Source: Gordius albopunctatus (Eukaryota). Taken from it: DNA of 64,000 nucleotides. Positions 49,401 to 63,109 of this stretch are shown piece after piece. Each line of letters starts with the position of its first letter. The first letter of the stretch is position 1. The translations under genes were made by a program, and so were the position numbers. The notes beneath the pieces were generated by a model, which did not search any database, was not told the origin of the DNA, and worked only from the letters and a program-made list of their open reading frames with translations. The DNA lies in contig OZ193910.1 of the NCBI GenBank assembly GCA_964276515.1, positions 6,200,001 to 6,264,000 of the forward strand, read 5' to 3'.

Positions 49401-52400
49401 ACCTTGCTACACGATTCGATATGGTGGTTATCCTGCGTGCTCATTTTGTTCGTGTTATTCACCATTAAAAATTCAATTTTGTACGTCCACAAATCATGGT
49501 ACCACAACGTCTTCTCCCAATACCTTTGGTAAAATAACTAAAATATGCTTATTTATGAGGTATTTATTAGGGGGTTAGCTAGAGGCAGGGAGGGGCGGCT
49601 GCCTGCCAACTTTAAATCTAGAAAATTTTCTAAATTTATCATTTTGCCCCTCTCTAATATTACCCCACTCCTATACTTTAATCCTAGCTACGGCCATGGA
49701 AGTATTAACTAAATAAGAGTAGTGTTAAAGATGATATTTATGTTAAATTCATGCATTGGCTAAGTTAATTATACCTGATGGAAAAAGTTTGACAATTACC
49801 GGGAAATATTAGTTATATTTTTGGTTATTGGCATTCATGGGCGTAGCCCCCCCCCCTAAATGGCGAAAAAAAATTTCAATGCAAAAAGCCTTAAAAATTA
49901 AAAAAAATTATGTTTTGCCCCCCCCCCTCCCCTAATTGAACTTTCTAACGTTTCGCCCCCCCCCCAATCCAAAACCTACCTACGCCCATGTTGGTATTCG
50001 AAAATTTTTTATTAAGATAATACTTTTTAAAAAGATACTATATAGAATATAAGAATATGAATTGTTTTTAAATGATTTAGACTTTAAAAGATTGATTGCA
50101 ATTCTTATTTTATAAAACCCTTTGCTATATAATACTAAAAATATATTGCTCTTTTAATCTTGGGGATTAAGTATCCGGTAGGGTTTAAGATTAAGACAAA
50201 GTGGTGCATAATAAATGTGAGCCTAACTAAATATTTTTTATTTGACCACGATCCCTAAGCATTCCAAAGTAAAAGCCTCGAATGATGGACATAAACAACA
50301 AGGTGTTTCATTTCATTGTTAATAATAATTTATGCCCGATTAAATGTTTTAAACCCTCTTAAAGCTTTAGATGAATGTGCGAACCTATTCTCCCCTCATA
50401 TAATTATATGCAAAAAATAATTTCCAAGGTGTAACATTTCCACCAAAATATTCCCCGACCTGACTAACCATCCCAAAGATAAGTGGACAGGCGAAGGATG
50501 TCAACTTCAACGCCTCGATGACGTAAAACTGCACGTAATCGGTATATTATTGTATACCTTACTTCGCATAGCCGTACCCCTCAGAATCTTTTTTATGTAA
50601 GTTTTACCGTATTTATTCCGATATTTACAAAAATTTTAGGCTTTTCCCTACTTTCAAACATACCCCCCCACCATGGATGTTGTGGCCTTGTAGAATAAAG
50701 AAACAGAGTGTTGACGTGGGTGGCATTGATAGTGAGTTAAATATAAAAGTCGTCTTCCATGTATGGGATAATTTAGCTAAATCGAAATTTTAAAAATGCG
50801 ATTTAGACATTAAACATTTACCTGGTTTTAATTTTGTTGAAATTTAAGTAATGATAATAAAATGCTTTTGACTAATTTAAATCAATACAAACATTTAGAA
50901 ATTGGACAAATTTGTATAATTTAATTTAAGAATATTTTATATTTCATTCGATCCGCATTCCCCCTTTTACGCTTCATATTTATGTGGAACGTTTTAAGGT
51001 TAATTTTTAAGTAATATTAAAATAATTTCAGAGGATTTTAGAATAAGTGGGAGGGGGGGGCAGGGAGAAATTTGTTGAAATTTATTAAAATTACGGCTAA
51101 GATTTACAAAAATGTTCATTTTACCCCTCTTTTTCCTTCTATGACTGCTTGTCACCTAGGCTGGTGGTCAGTCCTTTCACCATTCGTTTCCATTTGTTTC
51201 TATGTTTACATAGATCTTTCCTTATCTTGTGGACTTTCATATCATGCCGTATTTTACGAATCCAGGTAAGCTTGGGTCTTCCTCTCCTTCGTTTTCCTGC
51301 GAAATTTATCATCTCGATTTTCTTTCCTACGTAGCTATCGTCCCTTCTTTCGACATGGCCATACCATCTTAGTCTATTTGTTAGGAGCTTTGTCGCAATT
51401 GATGTAGTACCCAAAATTCTTCTTATTCCTTCATTTCGTCTATGGTCCTTTTTGCTTACTCCTAGCACCCATCTTAGCATTCTCATCTCCATAGCCGCAA
51501 GACGTTGCTCTTCTTTTTTACGTATAGCCCATGATTCCGAGCTATACAGGACTGTTGGCTGTATGATGGATTTATACAGTGCGCCTTTTAGTCTTCTCGG
51601 GATGTTTTTGTCACACAGAACACCTGTCAAGTCCCTCCACTTGAGCCATACAGAATTTATCCTTGCTTGGATTTCTTTATCCATTCCACCATCCGATTTA
51701 AGTGTTTATCCTAAATATTTGAAGGAATCCCTTTCTAAATCATCATTTACCCCCTCTAATTCCAATGCTGTCTACGCCCATGCTAATTATTATTTTTTTT
51801 GCTCAAATTGTGAATTCTGTAATATTCCCTATGGTAGATGTTTTAAATATTATACATGGACTTTTTCTTTAAATTTAAAGCAGTTTAATCGTATATATTC
51901 TGCCAATATATTTTAAAGGCGATCCCAATAACGATAGTGATTGCGATTATGAAGCCTCCGATGAACTTGTTGGTCCTATTTTTGGTAAATATCCCGAAAT
52001 TCATTGTCTGAACGAACTTGATGTGACGCATCATCAAAGTGATTCTAACGACATGTCTCATATTATAAATACAAACCAAGTATCCAATCGTTTTCCACCA
52101 CAACAAAGTATTTTTATATAATTTAACAAAAAATTTATATCTATTTTTTTGTAAATTATGATCGTTAATCTAAACAGGCAATGCTTATCACCCACCATGC
52201 CCCTTTTGCGTAAATTCGAACGTACGCTCAAATTCACTCTCTCACTCCCTACGTAACACATCAATACGGACTTCTTGGACGTCAGGAACGTTGTCAATAT
52301 ATCGCGCTCAACGCGAAAAAATGACCAAATTTTTGGCCAACTCCCCTTTCCCCATCCCTAATATGGCCCCCGCTAACATGCAAAATAGGTGGTCATCTTA

Positions 52401-52840
52401 CGATTTAAATTACTTCAAAAATGCAAGGTCAAAACATCTCCCACACACAATCTCTACCTCTACCCGCCCAACGAACGATCTTGAATCACAACTTTTGCAA
52501 AGTTGCCGGCCTAAAAAACCTGACAAAGACGAAAATCTCAAGGTAAAAATTGCCTAACAAGATAATTTTTATATTATAGGAAATAATTTTAAATGTGATC
52601 TATTTTATTTATGTGTTGACTTATCTAACGCAGTGTAACTAATATATAATTTTATAGTCCCTGTCATCCAAGGCTCAAGCCATTTTTGAACGACGAAAGA
52701 TGCTTAGACGCTATTGTAGGTACGTTAAAAAATCTAAAAAACAATCGAACGTTCATCGTCGAGGCAGACGAACTGTCTCTCTTCAACACAATGATATTGG
52801 CAACGAAATAGGAATCTCATCATCAATAATCTCACCATAG
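46444..52840 (+). CDS. smo: Smoothened, divergent, ~772 aa. Exons 46444-46875, 46915-47130, 47170-47336, 47387-47483, 47521-47625, 49168-49288, 49351-49528, 50429-50534, 50572-50731, 51919-52107, 52178-52542, 52658-52840
   Basis: Signal peptide, Smo-type CRD (WSVLKRIPECW...YCANYFAKCEN), linker CIEPLI...WYFEIDKCAYPC, TM4 YHFFSWITP, ECL2 GNHMLGFCFI and a long C-terminal tail. All junctions are phase-consistent. The TM7 exon structure is uncertain. Confidence 0.85.
48118..48856 (+). mobile_element. Non-autonomous hAT element in a smo intron
   Basis: TIR TAGAGATCTGCA, perfect 8-bp TSD TGAGAGAT, ACGGGC subterminal repeats and the remnant LLKWWK...CIPATSATSERN. Confidence 0.93.
49836..49990. mobile_element. 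hAT-type MITE (CATGGGCGTAGC family); a more degenerate copy lies at ~49568-49698
   Basis: TIR CATGGGCGTAG...CTACGCCCATG. TSD TTGGCATT/TTGGTATT (7/8 match). Confidence 0.8.
51131..51742 (-). mobile_element. 5'-truncated RTE-clade LINE, inserted inside a MITE remnant in a smo intron
   Basis: FKYLG...DKEIQARI...WRDLTGVLCD...LYSSESWA...EMRMLRW...RLRWYGHVERR...GKRRRGRPK. MITE halves lie at ~51045-51130 and 51743-51782. Confidence 0.9.
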
Positions 52841-53286
52841 ATTGCAATTATCATTTTATGTTTTTTTATGCAGTCCTTTATTTTATAAACTTTGTAACGC
52901 AAACACTTGCGACAAAACAATCAAGCTTGTAATATTTAAAACATTTAAAATAAAATTTGGCGAAGCTGATTACTAGGCATTGTAAAGTAATACATGGCAC
53001 AGAGTCGGAATTTAAGGTGTAAGTTTTAATAAATTTGTTTTATCATTTAAACTCGGGTTAGCTTGCAGGAAATAGTAAAGCTTTTTTGAGGACCTATATT
53101 TCCTTGCTCGATCTATCGTTCATTTCAAAAAAATTGTATAAAAAATTCGAAATTTTACCTTTTATTATATAAATTGTTAAGGTGTCTTAGAAGTTTTAGA
53201 AATAACCCGATAATATTTTTTCATTAAATTTGTTCTTTTCCAATAAAAATTAAAATAAGTTCACTATAGCTCTTTGTCATAACCAT

Positions 53287-53687
53287 TAGAGGTCAGATTT
53301 GTTAGAATTTTTCTACCCGAACCCGGCCCGATTTTAGAATTAATCTGCCCCGAACTCTTCTATGTGTCCGCCCGGCAATGCCCGAATTATCCCGGCTGCC
53401 CGGCCCGAAGTGGTATGTTTTAAAATTTTTAGCACTAATATCGTTATATTTTTTTAAAATTTTTATCTTAATTTTTGATTTTTTTTTTAAATGAGAACTA
53501 GGATTAACAAACATTATGAAATCAATTTAAAAAGTGGCAAAATATACACAAAAACAATATAATACATTATTTTAAAAACGAAATTGAGCCCAAATCTTGT
53601 TATGGTGCCCGCCCGAAAGTTAAAATTTACAGCAGATACCCGGCCCGTGGGCCGGGCGGGCAGCGGGCCGGGCAAATCTGGTCTCTG
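53287..53687. mobile_element. hAT-type MITE
   Basis: TIR TAGAGGTCAGATTTG / CAGAGACCAGATTTG, perfect 8-bp TSD ATAACCAT and GCCCG subterminal repeats. Confidence 0.88.
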
Positions 53688-53899
53688 ATAACCATCATAT
53701 CGTATACCCTTTCAAGTCGATATCTTAAACCAAATTTAATATTTTAAAATAGTATGGAACTCAAATAATTATTATTTATTTATTGGTTATCCGTTCTGTC
53801 CTATCCAACCAAACTTGAGAATTTTTATTAATTGCATTAGACATTTATACGGGATTGGCTGTGCACGTATGCTACTCGAAAAGACTGCCTAATCTAGTT

Positions 53900-54500
53900 G
53901 GCCTAAATTTTATTCGACCTTGCTTGAGCCCAAATTCCTTTTTTGTTTATGCTTTTAGTAACTTGTCTAGGTTGTTGTTTTATAAGGGATAATTGTGAAG
54001 CTGGCTAAATAATTACTTGCAAATTAATGATGATGACCGTCACTTACTTCTAATTTGTCTGGCCCGGGGCCAAAATCCTTGTTAGTTGATATTTATTTTT
54101 GCTACTTATAAGATGCGTTTTAACAACTTGAATAGGTTGTTGCTTTATAACGGATAATTGAGAAACTGGCTAAATTAATGAGGACCGTTGCTTACTTCTA
54201 ATTTGTCTGACGATCAAAAGCCTTGTTAATTGCTATTAATTTTTGCTGCTTATTTTTGTAAATCTTACCATTTGCAGTTCGTCCCAAATTTAATTTTTCT
54301 AGCCTCGGCCAAACTACGGTTATGCTTTAATATGTGCCGCATATATACTAACGACCGCTGTTTAAATTTAATTTGTCTGACCCCGTTCAAAGATCAAAAT
54401 CCATTTTGATTTTTTTGCTCACAGCTTTTAGACATTTTGCTATCTTAGGTTCAAATATACTTTTAAATAAATGATGACCGTTCTCCAGCCAAAGATCAAC
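53900..54500 (+). repeat. Degenerate ~150-bp tandem repeats
   Basis: Recurring GACCG..CTTACTTCTAATTTGTCTG and TAGGTTGTTG.TTTATAA.GGATAATTG motifs. Confidence 0.55.
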
Positions 54501-55127
54501 CATTTTTTCCTTTTTCTAGGCCTCACTTATTTATTATATTGTTCTGACCTCTGCAAAGAGTTTGACATTTGCCCCAACCCTCAGCCTTCAACTTCCCAGA
54601 ACACCCCTTAGGTCACTCTTCTACCCCCCTCACACTTACACTAGCGTCGACGCAACAAAATGGACAATCATCGTTAGGGCTCGAAGTGGTGGAGCAATTA
54701 AAAATTTTATTGCGGGCTTTTCGATGAGTAGTTATTTTAATTAATATTGGGCGATTTTGCTGCTGCAAATCTACATTTTTTGGACCTCGTCCGAGCCCAA
54801 ATTCCATTCGCGGGTATACATTGTAAGTTATTTTTATATTGCTAAAATTATTTTTTAAATATTTTTCCTGTACGTCCTGTTTAGCAAATATTGAGCCCTG
54901 AAAAATTTTGTTTATTGCTAATACCTCGGCCCAAGCCTAGTGCTTTTGTTTTTGTACAGCTTGTCCGCAAAAATTTGGTGGTTGCCAGTGTTCCTGATAC
55001 TATTGCGGCTAAAAGAATCAATCATAAGCACGCTACTTTTAAGGATATGGATTAGTGTGAATATTTGCAGACTTGTTATGGTTGTGGCTAGATCAATTGT
55101 ACTGAAAGAGTACTTTTTTATCAGGCA

Positions 55128-55232
55128 AAAGATCACAATGAAAATCGTTAAATCCAACACGATTTCCGTACACGGATCAATGCCACCCGTTTAGTTATAG
55201 CGCGTTTTTATATTTTTTTAGTAGTGTATGTA
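55128..55232 (-). promoter_or_regulatory. Second copy of the TATA plus twin-hairpin module
   Basis: About 90% identical to 9476-9581 by manual alignment. Confidence 0.4.
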
Positions 55233-55591
55233 ATTTTTTGTATACCATGGAATAAATTCCTATTTATATTTTCAAAATATTTTTAATTATTATACCCTTT
55301 CCATTTTTTACCAACTCATTTCTTAGTATACACTAAATAATTTTAATAGCCGTTTATTTTACATATTGTCATTGTTATTTTACAATATGTTTTACTCGTT
55401 TATAATAATTTTTTTTTCTGATGATTGGCTCTATTAAGGTGTAAGTTATAAGCAAGCGAAAGTGGGAAGACCTGAATACGAATTCTATCCAATTTGGTGA
55501 CTGCAAAAGTATAAGGGGAGAAAATTCATAAAGGAGCAATTGACCGTTTAGTTTGACGTAAAAGTAGAAAAAAAATTCGATGACCGTTTAA

Positions 55592-56979
55592 CCCCTTTCA
55601 CAGTCTCAAATTAATGCTCGCCCACCTCCCCATACTCAACTGTTCAATGAGGCTATCTAATAAAAATTGCAGAAAATTTACTGCCTTATAAAAATATAAA
55701 ATTAATCAATCTGAAATTTAACTTATATATATAGAGAGAAAGCAGTATACAAACCATCCCACGGATATTTCTAATGGATAATTTTTTAATGGTATTTATT
55801 GTGAGATATTGAGCACAGAAAAATATTAGGCGAAAAAAATTGAATAAAAACATGAAATAATGGAAATAAGGCGGTGTACACGGCTGTGTACAATGGGCGG
55901 ATTAGGAGTGATATTGTCCAAAGCAAATTCCCTCTACATACAACGTTTTCTCGCAACGCCAGCGACCTCGATTGTGGCAAATGACGCAACGCAATGGTTT
56001 TTCGATGCACTCGGGGTTGTGACCGTTATTTTTCAGCTCCAGTCCAAGTATTGTTGATGACGGTGGACGATTTTTATTTTTTTTTGTTGTATGTATCCTC
56101 GAGCGATCGTCCGTCTGAATAACAATTGATCCATGTATGTCACCTGTCCAGTCTTGAATCGAATCGGTAATCATATTCTACTCTGGGTCGCTTTTTCATC
56201 ATTTTTACAGTGCTAAGTGGACATTCTATATGCTCACTTGGGACAATCGGCATCTTTACCAGCAGAGATTTTACGACTCTCGCGCCGAGAGGATCAAAAG
56301 GAATATCAGTAGATGACTTGCCGTAATAAACATCGAATGTGTAGCAGTAGCCATCAGATGTTGTTGCAGCCCAATTCTTATAGCTGAATCGCACGGGTTT
56401 TCCCGTTATAAATTGTTTCGCTGAATGACGGCCAAAATATTTAATCATGGACTCATCTACAGACAAATTTTTATGAAAAACTCCCCACTGGCACGAATTT
56501 CTCTGAATAAGATTTTATAACGGTTTAACTTTGAACATTTTATCAGTCGAATCTGCAGCTAGAGAATTGTCGACGAAGTCCAGGTTTCTTTTTATGTCCA
56601 AAAAACTATTACGCGACATGCAATTTGCGACCAATGGAACTCTAAGATCTTCATCCAAACTCCAGTAAGCACGTTCGGTAGGCAATTCATGATATCCAGT
56701 TAGCATCAATATTCCCAAAAAACTTTTCAAGTCTTCACGATTCAATTCAAAATTATGGCGATTATCTTGTCCTGCGTACAAAACACTATTTTCTGCTATC
56801 AAGTTCATAAAATCTTTATCAAAGAAACATTTATCTAAGCCTTATTGACAAATTTTATTTTTTTACAGTTCATTAATATCATATAGTTTTAAAATAAGCA
56901 ATTATTTTCATAATTATCATAGAAAGAATACACGAAATGACGCTCCGAAGAACAAGCGTGTGCGGCGGGCGGTAATGGG
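55592..56979 (-). mobile_element. piggyBac element, deleted and pseudogenised
   Basis: TTAA|CCC...GGG|TTAA ends. LSVDESMIKYFGRHSAKQFI.GKPVRF, YWS...V.NCMSRN and a C-terminal Cys-rich CVIC...C...CFGQYH. Frameshifts are present. Confidence 0.9.
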
Positions 56980-57421
56980 TTAAGCTGGATAATAACGTTT
57001 TATTTTTTTTCCTAGTTGCCCAGATTTAATGAATGAGGTTGAAGGTGCAAAAAATAACCTTTTTAACGTTTTCTTAAGTCTATATTCCCACGCCATTTTG
57101 TATTTATTCTAATAATTATATAATCTTATAAACCATTTATTGATCTACATGACCATAATTTTATCTTTTCCAAGCCACCTCTACTTTTAGTTTTAACTGA
57201 GTTTATCTGAACCCCCTCCCATTATGTATCATCTTTACTTACTCTATCTCCACCACTCCCGCCCCCTTCTTGAGTGCTTGATTAAATGTGTTCCTGTAAA
57301 TTATGTAAGAAAGGATTTGTTCATCCGAAAAAACTTCGATCAAAATATTTTACAGAGGTCGTATAAACGTACATTTGTTATATATAAAATTGTAGACAAT
57401 CTTTATAATACGCTTGCTAGT

Positions 57422-57632
57422 TCATAAAGTTCCATTGATATCGTTTTTAGTCGTTAAATGCCTTAAAACCTGTTGTTTGGCAGTGGCCCATGATGTGAGA
57501 TACTCCTTTATGTGATCGGCAAAAGCGGTTGCGGTCATTATACTGGTATTTATCAACTACATTATGAATAACAAGAAATGGATATATAATAATTAGTGTT
57601 TACATCAATATTAAAAGAAAAACTGCAGTAAT
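57422..57632 (-). CDS. Possible last two exons (57632-57603, 57556-57422), perhaps belonging to EXOSC6
   Basis: AG acceptor, a 46-nt GT-AG intron and a 45-codon terminal frame (LINTSIM...NDINGTL*). Linkage to EXOSC6 is not demonstrated. Confidence 0.3.
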
Positions 57633-59282
57633 CCTACAAGTCGCTCTGATTTATAAAAACAACGCTAAACAAAAGCTCAATTAATCTCATTATAAAAACA
57701 ATTTTTATATGTATTTGATTAGCTTGAAATTTAGAATTATGTAACATCGCCTTTAATATAAAATTGCATATATATGACGTTAAAAACTTAAATACAAAAA
57801 TATATTTATAAATTCCTAATTTATAGGTTACCCCCTTGTCTTCTTATTTATACATCTAAAAGTTTAACAAATTTAAATTGGCGGAGTAAAAAACAATTAT
57901 TTAACTTTTTAGGTGATGTCACCAACAAATTAGCAATATTCTAACAATTCTAATAGAGTTCTGGAAAGTCGATTTTTTATCAATAATCCGACTGAAATTT
58001 TTTTAATTTGACGTTATACTCAAACTACTTAATAAAAACTATTAAACGCTTGGTCATAGTATATCTAAAATTCATCATTTGACACAAAGTTATAATGCGA
58101 ATTTATGATGCCAAATTCTAAGCAAAAAAACCAACGCCAAATTTGGTCTAGCTTTGATAATTATTTTAAAAAATCCAAGTTATCATGAAACACTTAAATA
58201 TAAAAATTCTTATTTAAAAGTTTTGTAAAAAATAACTTATGGATTGAATCTAACATGATCTAAATTAAATCTCGCGATGTAAAGTAAATTATACATTAAA
58301 ACTTTATTATTCTTTCAAAGCTGACTACGCATTGGCGTGATTGTAATTAAAGGAAATTTTTCAGTCTAAGCTCAACTTTTAATTTAATAAAAATTTAAAA
58401 GTTCAAATATGTTGCATGCAAATGCAATATCAAATTTTATTGCTGCTTGCCATTTTTACCTCATTATACAAATCGGTAGAAACTTGCCCAAAATGGTAAA
58501 CAAAGGAGGTTTGAGATAAGGATGGGAGGTATCCGATAATAATTTTGCTAGAATTTTGGGAACTCTAAATGTATTTTTTGAATTTCAGATATAATTAAAA
58601 TTTTAATTGACAAATAATCTTTAAAACTAAGAGAAATATTAATAAGTAATATAAATTAAAGTTCAATTAGTCTCGACCTTAGATTTATAATTAACATTTG
58701 AATCTTTTGTGAATTTAGCCCTTGGTGCAATACTTGGTATTGGTAGTCGTAATGAGCAGATTAGTTATGATAACCTGTGTTTTGTCCCAACCCTGAGGAA
58801 TTGGGTTATTTTTTAAACATTTAAACTCAAACCGGGTCGAAATCCAATCAAACCTGAAAACCTTACGTTGACCAACCTAATACCCGAGGTTGGGGTAGTT
58901 GGACGTCAAAATCTTAAATTATTTAGAGCGGCAAGATGAAAAAAAATTAAGTTTTCAAAATATTATCATATAATAAATCTCAAGCTTATCTTAATTCTTC
59001 ATCAAAAAGGATATGCTTAAATATGCAAATTAATTGAAGATTAAATGTTTTCATAGCTATTACTGAACTATCTAATATTTAGACAAAATTCATTAATATA
59101 TACTTGTTGGAATAAGTGGAGCCCATCAAAATTTTTATAGCTTGATGTTTCAATTTTAAGTGCACTTAAGTCTGACGCGAGTCCAGCAAGTCATTTTTAA
59201 AATGATGTCGGGGGGGGGGAAGTATTAAAATAAAAATAACTCTGCGTTTAATGATTTACAACTAAATTTTGTAAAATTCAAT

Positions 59283-59416
59283 CATGGGCGTAGCTAAGGG
59301 CGGACAGGGAGGGGCGGCTGCCCCCCCCCCCTCTATCCAAAAATTTGTTGAAAGTTATTAAAATTAAGGCCAAAATTTTAAAACATGTCCAAATTGCAAT
59401 GCTGGCTAAGCCCATG
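59283..59416. mobile_element. hAT-type MITE (CATGGGCGTAGC family)
   Basis: TIR CATGGGCGTAGC...GCTAAGCCCATG. No clear TSD. Confidence 0.7.
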
Positions 59417-60766
59417 TCAATTTTTATCATAACTTATAGAGTAAATCAATAAAATAGGTGTTTTTAAATATAACTTTGAAGTCATGGGAAGTTTAAAATG
59501 GGCTAAATTATACCCCATATAGGCTCTCAAACATGGAATTTTCACAAATAATCTCGCAGATTACCCCACGAGAGTATTTGTGGAGTAAATCCGTAATTTT
59601 ATACATACTTAAAAATAATGTTTTAAACTTTTAAATCAATAATTATCATGGGTTATAAGCTTGGATAGACCTTTAAATTTGAATAATAATACATTTTATA
59701 ATTGGCTGTAAACATTTACTATGTATAAAATAATTATTTATAATCATAAACTCCACGTTTAAAGGCCAAGAGAAAGTTTAAATTCTGTTCAAGATCATTC
59801 ATATCATAATATTCTAATATTACCATGACTTAGTTAGGTATATGGTTTTAAACTAAGATGATAATAATTTAAGTGAGCATGAGTGGTAAGGAGTTAGCTA
59901 AGACAAATATTATACATTTGTGATATAGAAGAATTTATTTTGAAAAATAGAGTTAGATCAGCTATGTGCAATTTTGTGTCAAATACTCTATATTAAAACA
60001 TTTTTGAGTATACACACAATCAATTCAATGATTTTTAATAGATTTTTGTATAAAAAATATCAATTGAAATATATATGAGATAAGCATTATTAATTGATGA
60101 AAAAACTAAGTTAAAATATATTCTATGTTCACCCAGAGATATAAAGAACTATATATGAAGATTATTGGAAACGCAAGATAAAACCTTTCCTGAAGACATA
60201 AAAAGAGTAACCAATTATGTAAGATAAAAAACACTAAAAATCATGTCTATAAAAATAAATTGGTAAAATTACGTTTTTTTAGACATTTTATAAAAACTTT
60301 TAATAAAAAATTTGTTGTTTTGATTAATTTTTTGGTATATGGTGCGGGGTAATACATTTAAATCTGAACAAAAGTTTTGTGGGTTCAGAAATTGTTTATA
60401 ATTTTTGTATTAATAGATTGATGTTAATAATATTTATGAATGCAATCAAGAGTATTTTATAAACATATGGTGAAAGTATGAGGTATTTGCTAATAATTTA
60501 GAAGCTATGATAATTTAATGGGCTTTACATTTTACTTCCAAGATATCACAGATTCTCTTGCAGGTTTAAAAATATATTTTAAATTAAGAAGCTAATAAAT
60601 ATCAACATGCATTTATAATTAGATCATTAAATATCAACCAACCAAATTTGTTATAAAACTTATTGAATTATATAGACTATTAAGTCAAAAAATGTTATAT
60701 CAAATCAATGCTATATAAATGTATATAATTAAAAAGGTATCTAGGATTATAAACTGAAAATATTAC

Positions 60767-61467
60767 TTCACAAAATGCTTCTTCTTTCTTATTTGGATCT
60801 AATAACATTGAATGATTGGAAGAGGTAGCTGGGACAAGAGATAATGTTGAGGACGATAACATATCAAAAACCTCAATTCCTGATGTTATGATTGCTAAAC
60901 TAGCACAATTAATGATAGAAGATAACAATGAACCATCATCTTCAAGGACATATACACAAATCTCAATTTGGGATTTAGGGTATTGCAACTAAACATTAAT
61001 AAATAATTAATATAATAATCCTTTACTAAATTTATAGTTGATTCAAGTGCTTCTGATAAGCATTCAGAATAATAACGATTATGAAATTCTAAATCAGTTT
61101 TTGTAATGGTTTTCTGTTGGTCATCACTAATGATATTTTGTGCCTCTAGTTTTTGACAGAAGGGAGCCAATGTGACTCTACAAATTAATATTCCTTTAGT
61201 TGATTTAATGACGGAGTGCGATTTTTTCTTATTGCTCAATGTTTTAAGATTTGATAAATTAGCCACGTTTGTGGTTAAAATTTCCTTTGGACCAAATACT
61301 GCACACATAATTTTTGTGTTTCCTTGCTCCAGATATGCAGATCCCTTCGCCGTTTTAATAACATCCGTTTTTATATCTTAATAAAATAAATACAAACTTA
61401 AAAAGTTACAAGTTTTTCTAAAATCCAAGTTTTTGCGTCCGTCAATCCTGTTATCTTTTGATATCAT
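60767..61467 (-). CDS. EXOSC6: Exosome complex RNase PH-fold subunit MTR3. Exons 61467-61410, 61376-61027, 60988-60767; 3' exon(s) unresolved
   Basis: RIDGR, AKGSAYLEQGNTK.MCAVFGPKE, GILICRVTLAPF, LSEALE, YPKSQIEI.VYVLEDDGS, GIEVFD and LLDPNKKEE. These motifs favour MTR3 over RRP41. Confidence 0.8.
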
Positions 61468-62294
61468 TTGAAAAAATTCACGTAAGGACAAATTGGTGAA
61501 AAATAAAAAACAATGTAACCATGTAAAATTCTCCTTTACATTTAGTATTTATTATTTGTATTTTATTATTATACTCTTCTCTAGTATTATATCCGCTATT
61601 TCTATAAACAAGGAACTAATGTAAGTTTAAATAACTATGTTTAATACTTAGAAAAATAAAATTATTAATTATTTCTATAACTAAAATTTTAGCTTGTATC
61701 AGGATCTTCCTCGAGTATTTTATAGGTTGAGATAGTTTTTTAGAGAAATAAATAAAAATTAAATATCTTCTTATTAGAAAACACGCACTCGGGACTGAAA
61801 ATTTTTGTGTAGCGTTAGAATTAGTAGATTTCATCTAAAATTTAATATCCTAAATTATTATTTATATATGCCCCACACTAACAAGACTCCTATTTTAAAA
61901 AATTTAATTTCTTTTGTCAGGGGGGGGTGGGGGTCCTTCCCAAGACTACTGTTCTTATCACTAAATGTTCTATCTAACTTCAACAAACTATCACCAAATG
62001 GGAGAAAATGCCATTCCTACAATTTTTAATTTTCCAGCATATTTAAGCCTAATTATCTTATAAACCTTTATTTATTATTTTTATCAAGATTGTTTTTACA
62101 ACATTATATATTTTCTTATTTATTGTTATTTAAACATGTAATTTAAATAATAAACTATTGATATTATATTCTGTTATTGTAACAACCAATGTTATTATTA
62201 ATTAAAAAGACAATTCCAGGTAAAAGCCACTATTTTATTAAACGTACTATATTTTTACAAATACATACTATAATTTGAATGAGAACCGTGATGA

Positions 62295-62470
62295 TAATAT
62301 ATTAAGGTACAGTTAGGAGGAAAAATTTATGATTATATTTTACGTACAATTGGGGTGGAAAACAATTATATTATATTTTACGTACAGTTGGGTAAAAAAC
62401 ATATTATATTTACGTACAGTAGGGTGGAAAACGGTTATGATTATATTTTACGTACAATAATACTTGTATA
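62295..62470 (+). repeat. About five tandem ~35-bp minisatellite units
   Basis: Recurring ATTATATTTTACGTACAGTTGGGTGGAAAAC. Confidence 0.75.
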
Positions 62471-63109
62471 ACTGGTTTAGTATAATCGGATTGAGGATGG
62501 AGAACAATAATAATATATTTGTATAATGGTATTGCGCAGATGTTCCTTTTCTAGCCGTCATGATGTTTTTATCACCCACTATCATCTATCACACAATGCA
62601 CCATCACAAAGCACTAGCCGCCGATAATTAAATATGAAGAGGAATATGGCGAGGGCTGATAGTTAAATATACAGAGAGAGATGGTGCCAAGTAAAATAGA
62701 CAGAAAAAGGAGAAAGTGAGATAGAGATAAAAAAGGAGAATATACGAACACGCCACCTGGCGTGTAAGAGGGAGAATGCCACAGTTATGTAATAAATAAA
62801 TTTTATAAAGGGATAGCAAAGAGATAGACTAATAATTCGAAGGTCACTTTTTTGAAGGATTCAACAAAATTTCGAATTCACTTATTAAGAAATCACAAAG
62901 AAAACACATTAGTCTTTCAGAAAAAGATCATTCATATTGCGTCTTAAAACCATAATCAGAGTAAAAAAAACTGGAGAAGCAAAGGCGTTAACTGCAAAAG
63001 ATTGTCAAAAAATATAGGATCTCTTTACATAGATATAAACGAAAAATATATAGCCTAAAAGATATAATCAAAAATGCAAGAATCTAATCTTTAAAAAAGG
63101 GATGAAGAT

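Noticed and set aside
51116..51130. 15-bp TSD for the RTE insertion (partner at 51743-51757)
   Set aside because: Intact MITE copies such as 5460-5500 already contain two similar motifs, so a duplication is not demonstrated.
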